Source of the DNA: the human T2T-CHM13v2.0 reference genome, Homo sapiens
Reading direction: 5' to 3' (one strand)
DNA length: 64,000 bases
Assembly: GCF_009914755.1 (NCBI RefSeq)
Contig: NC_060930.1
A program made the position numbers and the translations under genes. Below, piece by piece: positions 16,901 through 31,064 of the stretch (position 1 is its first letter; each line of letters opens with the position of its first letter). Under the pieces are notes generated by a model. That model made no database searches and was not told where the DNA came from. It worked only from the letters and a program-made list of their open reading frames with translations.

Positions 16901-19358
16901 AGTGTACCTTGTTACCACAATTTACTTTCTTTTCTTGTCTTAAAATGAAGTCTGAGGTTCTAATTTCACCAGATTAAGACTAGGTAACCATCTGTAAACT
17001 AGAAATTTTAATTGATAAAACAATCATTCCTGTGCTTTAAAAATGCAGGCTAAAATGGTTAGGAAATGCTATCTTTTGGAGACTTGTAGCAAATGCTCAG
17101 AAAGTAATTTCTTGGGGTTGGGCGGGGATTCTCATCACAGTTTTTAAAATAATTTGATTGTCATTATTGCAAAGCTGTGTAGTTCCTGTAATTGGAGTAT
17201 TTGCCTTTACACTTCACAGCTATAATTTTCTTCAAGATCGGAAGACTTTCTGAGCAGCTGCTTTAATTTACATCTGTTTTGGGGAAAATATAACACATGT
17301 CCATAGTATATGGTGTTCATTATAAAGATTTGCAGTAGACAAGGTATAAAATTATTATAAATATTTCCCAATATGCTGTTCATGTGTGTGTGTGTGTCTG
17401 TGTGTGTGTAGGGATATTTTGTGGCATATATAGCCAAATTTTATTTGCTGTTCTTTAAACATTGAGATGTCCTGACTGTCAATTTGTGGTTTGTTTAAAA
17501 GAAGAGTGGGATTTTTTTCTAGTCAAGTTAGAAGATAAAGTTTACCAAGGATACAAATAAGAGAAGCAGTATAGAAATGTATTATAAGCCATGGAAAATT
17601 ATTATAAGAAAACACCATTAATTATAAATTAACTAAAATTTTAGGATATGACAAAAAAAACATAAATAGGTACCTGTGAGTCTTAAGGGGCAAAAGACTA
17701 ATAGAAATATTCTGAGGCCCTGTGGAGATGGTGTGGGGGAGTTCTGAGTCCATAGCCCTAGGTAAGGGCAGAATTGATTCCATGTCTTGACTGAAACCAA
17801 AGTGGAGGTGGGATAGGGGGATGCTCTGTTGGGGGCTGTGTACTGCTTAAGCTAGGATATATTTGGAGAGAAAAGAAAACATTAATTTTCCTTTCTCAAT
17901 CATAGCAAACCCCTTCCCCCACAAAACAGAAATTGACAAGAGAACCCTAGAGATAAATCTGCCAAGCTCTGTTATATGGTGGCTTTCAGCCCTTTTCCAG
18001 AATAAATAGGATGAACATCTTGGTACATAACGTATCTTTTACTTAAGGTCATTATTTTTTTCAATAAAGAATATGACAAATAGGATAACAGAAAGGGAAC
18101 GTACATTTGATCCTTCTCCATGTGGAAATGTGAGCTACAACTTGTTAGTATCAGAAACGTAGGTTATCTTTCCCTTCTCCATTTCAAATAGTCTGTCATA
18201 TTTGAAAGCTAATAGCTTTCAGGCTCGCATTGCCCATAACTCTCAGCAACATATAAAACATGCCCACTCTGTGTTTATTTACTTTAATCTGTCAATTGTG
18301 ATGCCAACTCAAGATATTTGGGATTATTACATTTGATTCACTCATTTGCCTGATGACTCTGCAAATAATTGGATTGATACCAAGGTTTATGCTGTGGAAA
18401 CTATGGTATGAAAAACAGTATATAGTCTATAGGTATATTTACAAGAAAACATACACTATATGTTTGTTTCAGAAAATTTGGAAGATCCACATACAGAAGT
18501 TATAGTCACTCATAACTGTACCATCCAGAAATAACTACTATTAACAATTTGATATCTTTCATTTATATGTATACATATGGATATATATGCATATACCTAC
18601 ATATGTATCTAGACTATATATACATGCACATTTACACACATATACATATGAATATATAACTACACATGAATTTTAAAGCACAGTTGGCATCATACAGTAT
18701 ATCTTTTGGGATGCTCCCCTTAATATTATCTATTACTAGTATTTTTCGGTGTCATTAAAATTCCCTATAAACATCAGTTTCAAATGACTGCATAATATTG
18801 TATCACATGACTTCACCATAATGAACTTTTTTTGCTGTTATTAGTTTGTTTCCATTTTATTTGGTTATCGTGGAACCTCTTTTTTCACTTTTCTGATTAA
18901 CATACATGATTTCATGACATAGCATATTATTTGATGTTGTGCTTCTTGCTCATTAAAAAATCTGAGCATTTGAGAAGAACCTAATTCAGGGTTGTGATAT
19001 TCATTTGTATGTTTATCCTGAAATACTTCTAAGGAAAAAATTATCTACATGTTAAATACCCATTTTAGAAAGTTACCTTTGTTAGCTTCAGTTTGATCTA
19101 CTTTCATTCAGTTTCTCGTGAGATGTAGATTGTCTTCTCGCTAGGTAGTCAGACTTCTGTGCAGAACAAGATGGGCAAGTTCCTGCTCTTGTAGAGTTTA
19201 CTGCCTAGTGGGAAAGTATAATACTAAGTAATTAATACATTATTATAGAATTATACTTGCAATAAACATTACGAACCTAAAGTTATAGTATGTTTTTAGA
19301 ATGTATACTTGAGGAATCTAAACAGGAAAGAAAATTCTTCAGTTAAAATCATGATTTT

Positions 19359-19643
19359 CAGTGGCTCACGCCTGTAATCCCATCACTTTGGGAGGCCAAG
19401 GCGGACGAATCACGAGGTCAGGAGATCGAGACCATCCTGGCCAACACGGTGAAACTCCGTCTCTACTAAAAATGCAAAAATTAGCTGGGCATGGTGGCAC
19501 GTGCCTGTAATCCCAGCTACTCGGGAGGCTGAGGCAGGAGAACCCCTTGAACTAGGAAGTCAGAGGTTGCAGTGAGCTGAGATCCGCCACTGCACTCCAG
19601 CCTGGCAACAGAGTGAGACTCCGTCTCAAAAAAAAAATAAAAA
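19359..19643 (+). mobile_element. AluSc/Sc8-like, slightly 5'-truncated
   Basis: Starts cagtggctcacgcc; TSD-like aaaatcatgatttt / aaagtcattatttt. Confidence 0.92.
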
Positions 19644-20649
19644 GTCATTATTTTGTTATCTTTTTTTGTTTCTATTTAAAATAGAAAACCACAATGCCTC
19701 ATCTGACCAGTTGGCACAAACCGGAGGATACAATATGGACATGGTATTTATATGTTTTTCTCTCACCAATATCCAGTTTACAGGAGAAGAAATCTTTAAT
19801 CCTTTTGGTTGGATATTTGATTTCTGAGCTGGAATTTTTTTCTAAGCTAGCAAATTTCAGGATACAAATTGAGTTATTTCTGCCAGCATCCTGGATTGGA
19901 ATCATGAGATTTCATCACTATGATTAAAAGAGCCTTTCCCTGCTCACAAAGCAAGTTAAACAAAATCAGCAAGATGATGGAGATAAACGTGCTTGGTCCA
20001 TAAAGCCCAAGACAAGTGTTCTATTAAGCTAGTGCTGTTATAAAGTGAGCACAGGGAGATATGGAAGGCTAGTGTGCATCATTTTGGGGAACTGTACTAT
20101 ATGTAATATTCGTGCAAAAGATGAGCTGTTATTTGCTCCTTTTATTTTATATGCGCTTGCTCAGCACCTTAGGTAGCAGAAGTCATATATTGGATTAAAT
20201 GGCTCTAGGCACTTGTTCTAGGGGCCCTAGTTTTATCCTTGATCTGGTAAAAGGCTGGAATAGAGAAACTAAGGTTAAAAAAAAAGATTAATGAAGAAGC
20301 GGAAGTGAAGAGTCTGGAGCAGAAAATAAGTTTAAATGTCTTTGGGATTTATTTGGAGGTGAAATAGGATCAATAAATTACTAGTGTGTTACTGGGCAAT
20401 GTGAGGTTTGAAGATGAAGGAAGTGTCTTGAATGTACTTACTATGTTGTATAGAGCCTTAGACTCGAGGTAGTATGATGTTCTTAAGGAAAAGTGGAAAG
20501 ATTAATATTAATAATAATAATCTGTGTTTCCTTCAGTCGAATTCATAGCAGTTAATGTCTTGCCACATTTGCCTTATCTCTGTATATGTACTTTTTTGTT
20601 CATTTATTTGTTGTACATTTGAAAGTGTATTAAAGTTATCAATTTTTGT

Positions 20650-21350
<701 letters not shown>

Positions 21351-23088
21351 GAGTACAACTGTATTTTAAATTAATGAATATAGATGCTATTGTGACTGAT
21401 GAAATAACAGGTGCATTTAAAAGTATTGCCTGTATTTTTATTATTGATATGTTTGCTAAATCAACAGATAGTAAAAATATAACTACTGTCACCTGGAGGA
21501 CTATAGCATTGTTTGTTGGAAAGAAGACCTCATGCTTGAAATGGTTGGCAGTCAGTAATCTAGATACTTAGAAAAAATGCATATTTTCCTCCTTACCCCT
21601 TTTTTGGTAGTTTTGCATGTGAGTATATGGTATATGGTCTAGAGATGATCTTGATATTAATCTGCAGATTCCGCAATCTCAGAAATAAGAGGAACTTGAA
21701 GAGGTTACCTCCATTGTTCTGTTTTCTGTTTATCAAAGACTCTCAGAGATGATGACTGTGTTATAGTCTCATGAAGTAACTCATTCTAAAGCTTCACCAT
21801 CAGTTGGTATCTCCTAACTTTGATGTTCTGGGGTATTCTAGTTAGTAGGCTCTTCTGATATGCTCAGGATTGGTTAAGAGGCTTCTTTCTTGAATATTTG
21901 ATATTATAACTCTTTCTAAATAGATTAGAATGATGAATATAAAATTTAATAATTATTTGGACAATGGGAGGGGAGTCAGTAGAATCCTTTCTAATAGTAA
22001 TACAGTAACTGTAAAATGTGAAGAATAGTGTGCATCATTTTGGGGAAGAACGTTTAGAGTAGCACTCGGCATGTAGTTTGCACTCATTAAAGATTACTTC
22101 TTATTGTCTAACAAATACTCAAATATTTTATTCCCCATAGCCTTTTGACTTGCATGAGTAATTGAAAAAAAGAAAACCAATTGTGGCTTTCTTGCTAAAC
22201 AGATGTTTAGAGTACATAAGTCCCTGAGGCCAGCATGTTGAGTTGTCACATCGCTTTAGTGTGAGAAGGAAGGCATCTAGGTAATCAGATTGATTCTGAT
22301 TGTTTCAAACCAAAATGCTGCTGTCATGTAAGGGGGCTTTGGTCTGAGAGTGTTTGTCAGTGTCAATATTGCCAGTGATTTGGAAAAAAAAAAAGTGTAA
22401 AATTTATATATACTGCATTTATAAAGTGCTTAGTGGTAATTCTGCAAATGTTAGTGTTTTGAAAATAGCATTCATCCAGTCATGTGTTTAGAGAAATAGA
22501 AATTGTCAAAAGGAAGTTAAAGGGGTTGATGATGTCATTTACATTTTAGTTCCACTCCCAAGTTGGCTGGCTCTTTTGAAGTTGACTCTTAAAATCCTAG
22601 AGTCATTGATCTTATAGCTGAAAGGAACCTGGAGAGCATTGATTCAAAATATGTTTGTTGTTGTTGTTGGAACAAATATTGCGTTAGATATTAGAGATAT
22701 AAAAATGAATAAAATATGGCTGTTGCCCTTAAAGTCTAGCCTAAAAGATAGACAACCTGAACAAATACTTTACTTTGGGGTAGTAAGTTCTGGAATGGAA
22801 GCTTTAGGCAGGGGGTAGATTTTCCATGTTTCCTAGGTGTGGCTCCAGCAGCTTGGGCAAGCAGCCCAGGCGCAAACAGCTCCGTACTGGTGATGGTATT
22901 GCTGGAACTAGACTCCTGGTCTCTTGATACAAGTCACGTGGGGCTGACCTAGTAAGCTTTGCAAAAGAAAATTTTACCAAGCATGCATGTATGCATGTAA
23001 ATATCTATGTAAGTATGTACATATGTATTGATTTAGTACCTTGCTCTGTGTAGTTAACAGCTGCTTTATGTGAGACGCATAGACATAG

Positions 23089-23570
<482 letters not shown>

Positions 23571-25029
23571 TAGAACCAACAGCAATGAATAATTTGAGTA
23601 ATTTGTAATGTGATTGTGTTATTGTGTTATCTAGAACACTATACTCTAACCCTAAACCTCAAGATAAAGGCTTAGATTCCTTTCACGTTACTGTGTCCAT
23701 GATCTTGACTGCTTCTTCTGCCACATCCCTCCGGTGGTGCTCCCTGCATTGCCACCTACCTGGGGTTCTCCTCGCCTACTGTGCTGTTTCTAACCATCAT
23801 GCTTTTCCCTGAATCTCTTGAGTCTTTTTCTGCTGTGGACTGAAACTTGATCCTGAGATTCACCTCTAGTCCCTCTGGGCAGCCTCCTGGAATACTCAGC
23901 TGGGATGGGTTGGGGCTGCTTGAGGTACAGCTCCCACTGCCTCTGAGTGGCCCTCCATGAAAATGCCTCATGTCTCTGTGTCCCTAAACTGTAGGGTACG
24001 TAGCACATTGGTAGATACTTAGTAAATGTTTTGCTGAAGAATTCAAGTTTTTAAATTGCCCTTTTCATTGGACAACTAAAAAATGTGTATGCATATACAT
24101 GTATACATATATATGTACTTTTTAATGTTCTAATTCTCTTGTATTGTTTTTCATGTAAACATAACTGTTTTGGATTTCAATTGATTTCGAATACATGTTT
24201 TGGAGAATATTAAACCCACCACGTTTATATTGTTCACCAGTAGTATCTTGTTCCAAGCTATTTCAATTGGAATTCTTTTTATTAGACCATCACATGTTTA
24301 TAACCACTTACAGAATTTGATACTTTGGTGCATCCCATGGATTAAAACATACTTTAAAATCTGACATCTATATATTAAACAGTTATTGTAAGCATGATTT
24401 TGTTAATGGGGATTTACATCTGCTTTCCAATCTCTGTAGCCATATGAAGTGTAACTAGCCATTATATTTGCTTCTTTAAATATATATCTGGGAAATAAAA
24501 CTTCAGACAATTACAGTATAAACTAAACCTGATAACAATTGAATAATGAATGATAATCTGTTCAGTTTTTCCCTCCTGTAGAATTAGATAGTTGATGATT
24601 TGGTTTAAAAGTAAAAATATTTTTTAAAACCTTGACTTTTCTAAATAAATGAGAATCTGCAAAAGAAACAATGCATATTAAGTACTGATTGTTTCTTGAC
24701 TGTCATAATGGATGGCCTCTCTCTCTCTGTCGTTTTTAAGAAAGCCAAATTACAGGATAGTTAATATCTTAAAGGACTCTTATCTCAAATACTAGGATGC
24801 TGAGACATAAAGGGGGCTTGCTGAGATACTGTGTCAGTAAATGAAACTCAGCAAATCATAATCATCTTTGGATTCTCAGTCATGTTATGTAAGTGGTCAC
24901 ACAGATGGATTTTTAACTCTGATTTTCCTAAGTTGCTTTCCTGGCCATTAAACGGTTGGGAAGGTACTCTCGGATGCAGAATAAGAAGAATGCATTACTG
25001 TGACTTTAAGAAGGAAATTAAGTAGGGAG

Positions 25030-25330
25030 GGAAAATGGGGATGTTGTGACTGCTGACATTTGTGGCCTCCTTTCATTTGCGTAAGAGATGGACTGGCTTC
25101 TCTGTGGCTGCGGTTGCCATGGAGAGGTAGTGGGGGAGGACTTCCAGGAGGCAGCCCATGAGCGAGAGTCTGCCTTAGAGCTGCTCCTAGATGTGACGTG
25201 AAGGGGCAGGGAGCTCAGGTGTGCCGCGGCGGCACAGATAATGGGGATGGCCGACCTGTCATGGCTGGTAACGTGACTGTGCACATACCCCTGGGTGTGA
25301 CGGATGTGTTTGTGCAAGTGCCTGTGGATT
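25030..25330. promoter_or_regulatory. Candidate intronic enhancer or alternative promoter
   Basis: GC/CpG-enriched unique patch with RFX X-box-like, TGACGT, TTGCGTAA and AGATAA motifs. Confidence 0.4.
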
Positions 25331-26749
25331 CTCTATGTGAAATGAAAGGATTGTAATGTTGTGTGTGTTCCCACCCTTTGATGCGATTTCCTACACTTGA
25401 TGTGATTTGATGAAAAGAGTTTAAACAATTAAACCAAATGTACACCCTGGTTATAAAAAGAGACTAACTTCAATTGGCACGTTTGCATATAGGTAAATGA
25501 CATCAATAGCAGGTCAAATAAATTACTGTGGGACTAATACACTCAGAAAAATCTAATATGGTAGGTTAAACTGTAACCAGAAATGACTGTGTTACTAACC
25601 TGGTATCATTGTTATACAGATATTACAGAGTGGTGTAGCTGGCTAATAGAAGAAAAACGAAACAATGAAAGTTAGAAGATTTTTTTCTGCATAAAATGTA
25701 GAAGAAAATCACTTGCATGTTTTGTAGATAAAATGCTTATATCTGAAGAGATGAATTTTGAGAATTTTGATCATTGTTATAGTATATTTTATTGGAAATA
25801 CTTTTATATCAAATAGAAAATTGCTAACAAGTTTATAGTATGATCATTTTATGGCTTTTGTTGACATAAGTGGTAAATTGAATATGAAAATTATATTTGT
25901 CTTTTGTTTTCTTGTGGATATCATTGTGGATATTGCCTTTGTTTAAAAATAAATGTGATTGGTAATTTTAACTTAAACACCAAGCTACAGTTTAAAAAAA
26001 ATTTCTAAGTAAAAATCTATTTCTCGTGAGGAAATCCTATGATGTATTAAATTTACCAAATATAAAGAAACTTACTTGACTTCTTAGTTTTCTGATGAAA
26101 TTTGAATGAGAGCCAAGTATTAATATTGTTTTATAGTAGAGTCAAAAATAGTTTAGGTGAAATAATACATTGTCAGTTTGTTAGTCATTGACTGCTTAAT
26201 GCATATTACAACTTATTTAAAGAATAACTAGTTGCCTAAGTCAAATCTGTGAAATGAATGCCAAATCTTTTCTTTTTAAAAGTATAGTGTTAGGTAAAAT
26301 CTAGGTGATGGTGTTACATAGTGCCACTGAACAAATTTGTAGAATGTTCAGATTTACTTAGAATTTACTTAGAAATTATTACATTAAGTTAAAATATTTC
26401 AGAAATTACTTAATACATGTTAGAGATTATATATATAAAACTATTCCTTTAATGATAACCTTATTTGGCTTCCTAAACCTTCCATTTCTTTTTTATTTGG
26501 AATATTGTATAGTAAGTCTAAATTTCTTTACCTTTTGAGTACGATATTTAAATGTATAAACATTTATGAGTTATTAGATACAGATATTGATGTAATTAAA
26601 CATTTCATTATTTTTCTTAATTTTTAAATTAATTCTAAGTTACATCTATTCAGCAAGGAAGCCAAAATTGGTTTTCTTTTTTTCAATTGCTCGTGCAAGT
26701 CAAAAGGCTATGGGGAATAAAATATTTGAGTATTTGTTAGACAATAAGA

Positions 26750-26985
26750 AGTAATCTTTAATGAGTGCCAGCTACATGCCGAGTGCTACTCTAAATATTC
26801 TTATTCTTGTTTTTTCTGAATCTCATGCAACTTTGTGAGGTAGGTACCATTTTCTCACCCATTACAGATGAGGTAACTGAGGTTTGGCTTATAAGTAACT
26901 TGCTCAATGTCATAAAGATAAGAAAGGGATAGACCAGGATTTGAACTGAGAGAAGTTTCTAACACCCACACGTTACTGTCATTTT
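26750..26985 (-). mobile_element. MIR
   Basis: cccattacagatgaggtaactgagg...aagtaacttgctcaatgtca...ccaggatttgaac. Confidence 0.8.
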
Positions 26986-26997
26986 GCGTATTGAAAG

Positions 26998-27200
26998 TAT
27001 AGTGTAGTCTGGCATAGTGGGAAAAGCTTTCTGTTCAGGTGTCCTGGGATGGAATCCCAGCTTTCCTTGTCTTAGCTGAGTGACCGAAGTTACGCCTCTT
27101 CATGCCTTAGTTTTCTCACAGGTACTTACTAGAAGAATACATGTGAGTACTTTCATTCTTGTGCTAAATGTGAAGACTCCCCTGTTAGTAGTAGTTATTG
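26998..27200 (+). mobile_element. MIR fragment
   Basis: cctgggatggaatcccagct...tagctgagtgacc...gccttagttttctca. Confidence 0.65.
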
Positions 27201-27366
27201 CTAACACGTATCATTATTCATGATTTAAAAATATAATATGCTAATCTAAATTATGTTTTACTCTTTTTGGAAATAGTTAATAGAATAAAAGGAGGAATAA
27301 AGAGGATATGATTAAAGTAATATTGAATGCTTTTCAGTTATCATTAAAATATTTATTGATTTCTAG

Positions 27367-27582
27367 CAGAGTTTTTCAACCTCAGCTCCATTTATGATTT
27401 GGCCTAGATAATTCTTTGTCTTGGGCACTGTCCTGTGTGTCACGGGATATTTGACAGACTCCCTGGCCTGTACCCACTAGATGCCAATTGCAGTCTTCCT
27501 CCCTCAGTTGTAAACCAAGATGTCTCCAGGCATTTCCAAATGCCTTTTGGGGGGCAAAATCACCCCAACCTAAAAACCACTA
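27367..27582 (-). mobile_element. MER20 (hAT-Charlie)
   Basis: ataattctttg...cccactagatgcca...atgtctccag...ggggcaaaatcacccc...aaccact. Confidence 0.88.
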
Positions 27583-29659
27583 GTGGAGTTATATGGCATT
27601 AAACAAGATTGGGATGAGGACATTGGTGGAAAGTGGGGAGGGAGGAGCTGGCTCATGTTGGCAGGTGTGGCTGCACGTGGAAGGTGGGTTGGAAGGCAGG
27701 GAAGGGCAGGAGCAGATGCCATGCAGAGGACTGCAAAGAGGCAGAGGCAGATGTCTTGGGGAGAGAAGGGGCTTGGATCTGGGTGGCTGAAGTGGGCAGC
27801 TTGGAGAGGTTTTTGGAGGAAGAATCAGAGGACTTGGGGATTGCCAGAGTATTACACATTTGACAGCACTTAATAAAGAACAGTGAAGGTTTTGAGAGGT
27901 GGTCACTGGGCAGTCTGCAAGACTGACTCTCCAACCAAGTGAAACCTCTTGTGTACCAGCTTCACCATGCATGAGATTCACATATGTTTCTTAGTGGTAA
28001 AAATCATTGCATGTCCTAGACCTTCCTGAGCACTGCAAACCTTGGGTCTTAAGTTTGGGACTGCCAAGTGACTCCCATATTTAAAACTTCCATGATTTGC
28101 CTTGGTTTGAAGATTAGGTGTGATCTTGGAAAATGAGAGACCTCAGATTTTGGCAAGGAACATGCCTTGGTATAATATATAATATTCCCTCTTCCTGGAT
28201 TCTTGCCAGGTTGCTTGCTCCTACCCAGGTTTCTGGCCTTGACCCTAGAGCTTTCTTCTCTAATGCATCTACTTGTAAACTAAATAATTCATTGGACACC
28301 AAATAAATTTTTTTTAATGTATTGTGACTCAGTGTTTTTGAGTCACAATTTTGAAGTTTACGGATTTCTGGAAGCAATGCATCCCTATAGTGGGAACGGC
28401 ATATGTATCATAAATTTTGTAAATGGTAATGACTAAAGTATTCCAGACTCTTTCTGTGTTACAACAGTCAGGGAAACCAGATGAAGTTTCTTTCTTTCTC
28501 AGCAAATAACCTCAGCAGGCTGTTTTGGGAGCTATTTCAATAAGGTCATCACAAGCAGAACTTAATGATCGTTTGTTAACAGCAGTGGGTGACATCACCA
28601 CGAATTGTAATTGCAACTTAAATGATAGTATTATAAGGTACTTTTTAGTGTTCATTATTTCAGTAGTGGTGATAAAACCTTTTTTTATTCTGCAAAATTA
28701 TGCTGGTGAAATTGTATGTATCTGCATGTGTCTGTCTGTGATTTCTACCATAGTAAAATGAAACTTCAGTTTTGAGCCAGAACTGAGAACTCTTGGTTCT
28801 TAGGTCTAGCCCAAGAGAAGACAAAAGGGAAGAGAAGGGAGAGGCTACCTTTCCTGACAGCTTCATGGAGTTTTCATTTTTTGTGTGTCCCCTCCCCACG
28901 CCGTACACACACATATTCCCATTACACTTCTGTTGATCAGTTAGATCAGTTAGTGGCTGCTCTGTTTTTCCCTGCAAAAGGAATTTTTCAATTTGATTTT
29001 CCATCCCGATTTCCCAGTGGGCCTTCATGAAGCAGTCAAGACATTTTCAGTATGTTCTTTCCCTCCAACAGATGTGAATCCAGCCATATTGAGCATATGC
29101 TGTGTTTCTAGGGCTGTACACATACTGTGGGGTTGGCTCTTCTATCTTCAGGTTGCTAAAACATCTCAGATGGAAAAGAGATTCACACATAATAGATAAT
29201 TTAAGGCCCAAAAAAGACCTAAATCATGGTGGACAAATTGGATGCAACTAAATGCCAAATTGTATGAACTAGGTAAAGGTCTGTGCAATGTATAGGGAGG
29301 CAAGAAACTGTTACTTTCCTGGAATCATTAGTAGGTGTTTCTGAGAGTTGGAGTTAAAGCATGTCATGAAAAACTGGTGAGTTGTGGATAAATGTTGGGA
29401 CCTGGGATAGGAGAATAACTATGATAGATTCTGATCATGGCGTTTGATATTAGAGGGTGATGCAGACATGAAACAAGCAAGGTCACACACATACATTTAA
29501 CACAAGAAGAGGTGGGGTGCTGTTGGTGCACACTGGAGTGCTCCCAGTTAGTGTCAGGAGAGAGCTTCAAGAGCATGTGACATTGATGCTCACACATGAA
29601 AGATGAGAAGTTGCCAGGTCAGGCAGGACGCCCTTTTGATACACACATAGAATACAGGG

Positions 29660-30092
29660 ATGTGGCATAGAGTATCACTGTACCAGCAACTTCCCGTTCT
29701 GGAGGCAAATCTGCCTGGGTTCAAGCTGGTTCTTCCCCTGACGGGCTCTGTGAATTCGCTTCTGTGTGCCACTGTTTGCTCCTCTGGAAAATGGAGGTGA
29801 AGGGTGGTCTCCTCCCAGGTAGGTTTTGTGTGTGTGTGTGTGTGTGTGCGTGTGTGTGTGTGTGTGTGTGCATTGAATGGTTGTTACAATATAATAACTG
29901 AAAAGAGCTCTAAGTCCAGTTTTATTTTAGTGTGTTTTTGCTGTGATTTGCCTAACTTGGTTTCTATGATGCAGTTAGCTTCTGCAAATGGCAGAGCTGA
30001 TAAACGATTAGAAAGCTATTTTTGGTTTGACTGGTTCAGATGTAGATGTGAAGTCCTCAGAACAGCACTCAGCACACAGGAAGCTGTTACTG
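29660..30092 (+). mobile_element. MIR interrupted by (TG)n and a ~160-bp duplicated insert
   Basis: ctgcctgggttcaag...ctggaaaatgg; MIR tail cagaacagcactcagcacacaggaagc resumes near 30055. Confidence 0.55.
29827..29870. repeat. (TG)n microsatellite with one CG interruption
   Basis: Seen directly. Confidence 0.95.
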
Positions 30093-30672
30093 TTGGATAT
30101 CCCCCAGTAGGGCCTGAAGTGCGAGGGTGCGGCTGTGAGTAAGGAGAATGAGGGCTTCCCAGGCAGGTGTAAAGGAACATTGGGGAGGTGATTCTCATGA
30201 GAAGGAACACCATGAGCTTGAGGCAGCAGTGGGGGAAGGCAAGCTGTGTGCTGTGGGCATCCCTAAAAGGCAGTGTTGTTCATTCAAGAGGAGAATTTTC
30301 AAGGGGAGCGATTCTTACGCTGGATGGGAACAGATAGCTTGTGCGCTGTTTCCATTGGTTTTAAGAGCTGTGTGCGTGTGTGTTAATTCTGTGTTTTGCT
30401 GTGTATTTTACATGTATCTTAGGGAGTTTAAGAAATAGTTAATCTTGTTAAGTATCCAAATAATTGCATGATGACCATCCCTCTTGTGCTACCACATAAT
30501 AACTGAAAAGAGCTTTAAGTCTTAAGTTCAGTTATATTTCTGTGTGTTTTCACCATGATTTGTCTAACTTAGTCTCTTTGTTGCAGTTAGCTTCTTAGGC
30601 AAATGGCAGCAGCTGATAAATGATCAGAAAGCTATTTTTGGTTTGACTAGTTCAGATCCATACATATGAAGT
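29891..30672 (+). repeat. Diverged direct duplication, 29891-30054 vs 30496-30672
   Basis: Shared ataataactgaaaagagct (19 nt) and agaaagctatttttggtttgact (23 nt), colinear between them. Confidence 0.93.
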
Positions 30673-31023
30673 TACAAGCTTAATTACTGTTATTTTTGGC
30701 CAGAGTCCTTGGAAGTGTTGGACTTAGCCAAGTACTTCCTTTGTGAAAGAAATGACACTTGTTCATTGTTTGAATTGTGATGATTTCTCAAAGCATATGA
30801 ATTTTTTGACTGCTTAGATTATGAAGATTTAGATGGGGAATTTTGTGCATTATAAATTTTATCATAAATAAATATTTGTTCGGAACCACTTTAATGTATG
30901 ATGGGCCCAATATTATCATTGTCTTCTCTGAGCTATTTCTTCAAGGTAACAGTGAAAACGAATAACTAGAAGGCATTATGTTTATATATAATGGGATGGT
31001 GGATATATTTCAAACAAAGACAC

Positions 31024-31064
31024 TGTGTGTGTGTGTGTGTATATATATATACACACACATACAC
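31024..31064. repeat. Compound (TG)n(TA)n(CA)n microsatellite
   Basis: Seen directly; self-complementary over 31032-31059. Confidence 0.9.

Noticed and set aside
27583-27981. Cluster of overlapping ORFs in a G/purine-rich stretch
   Set aside because: Stop-codon depletion follows from base composition; no splice or homology support.
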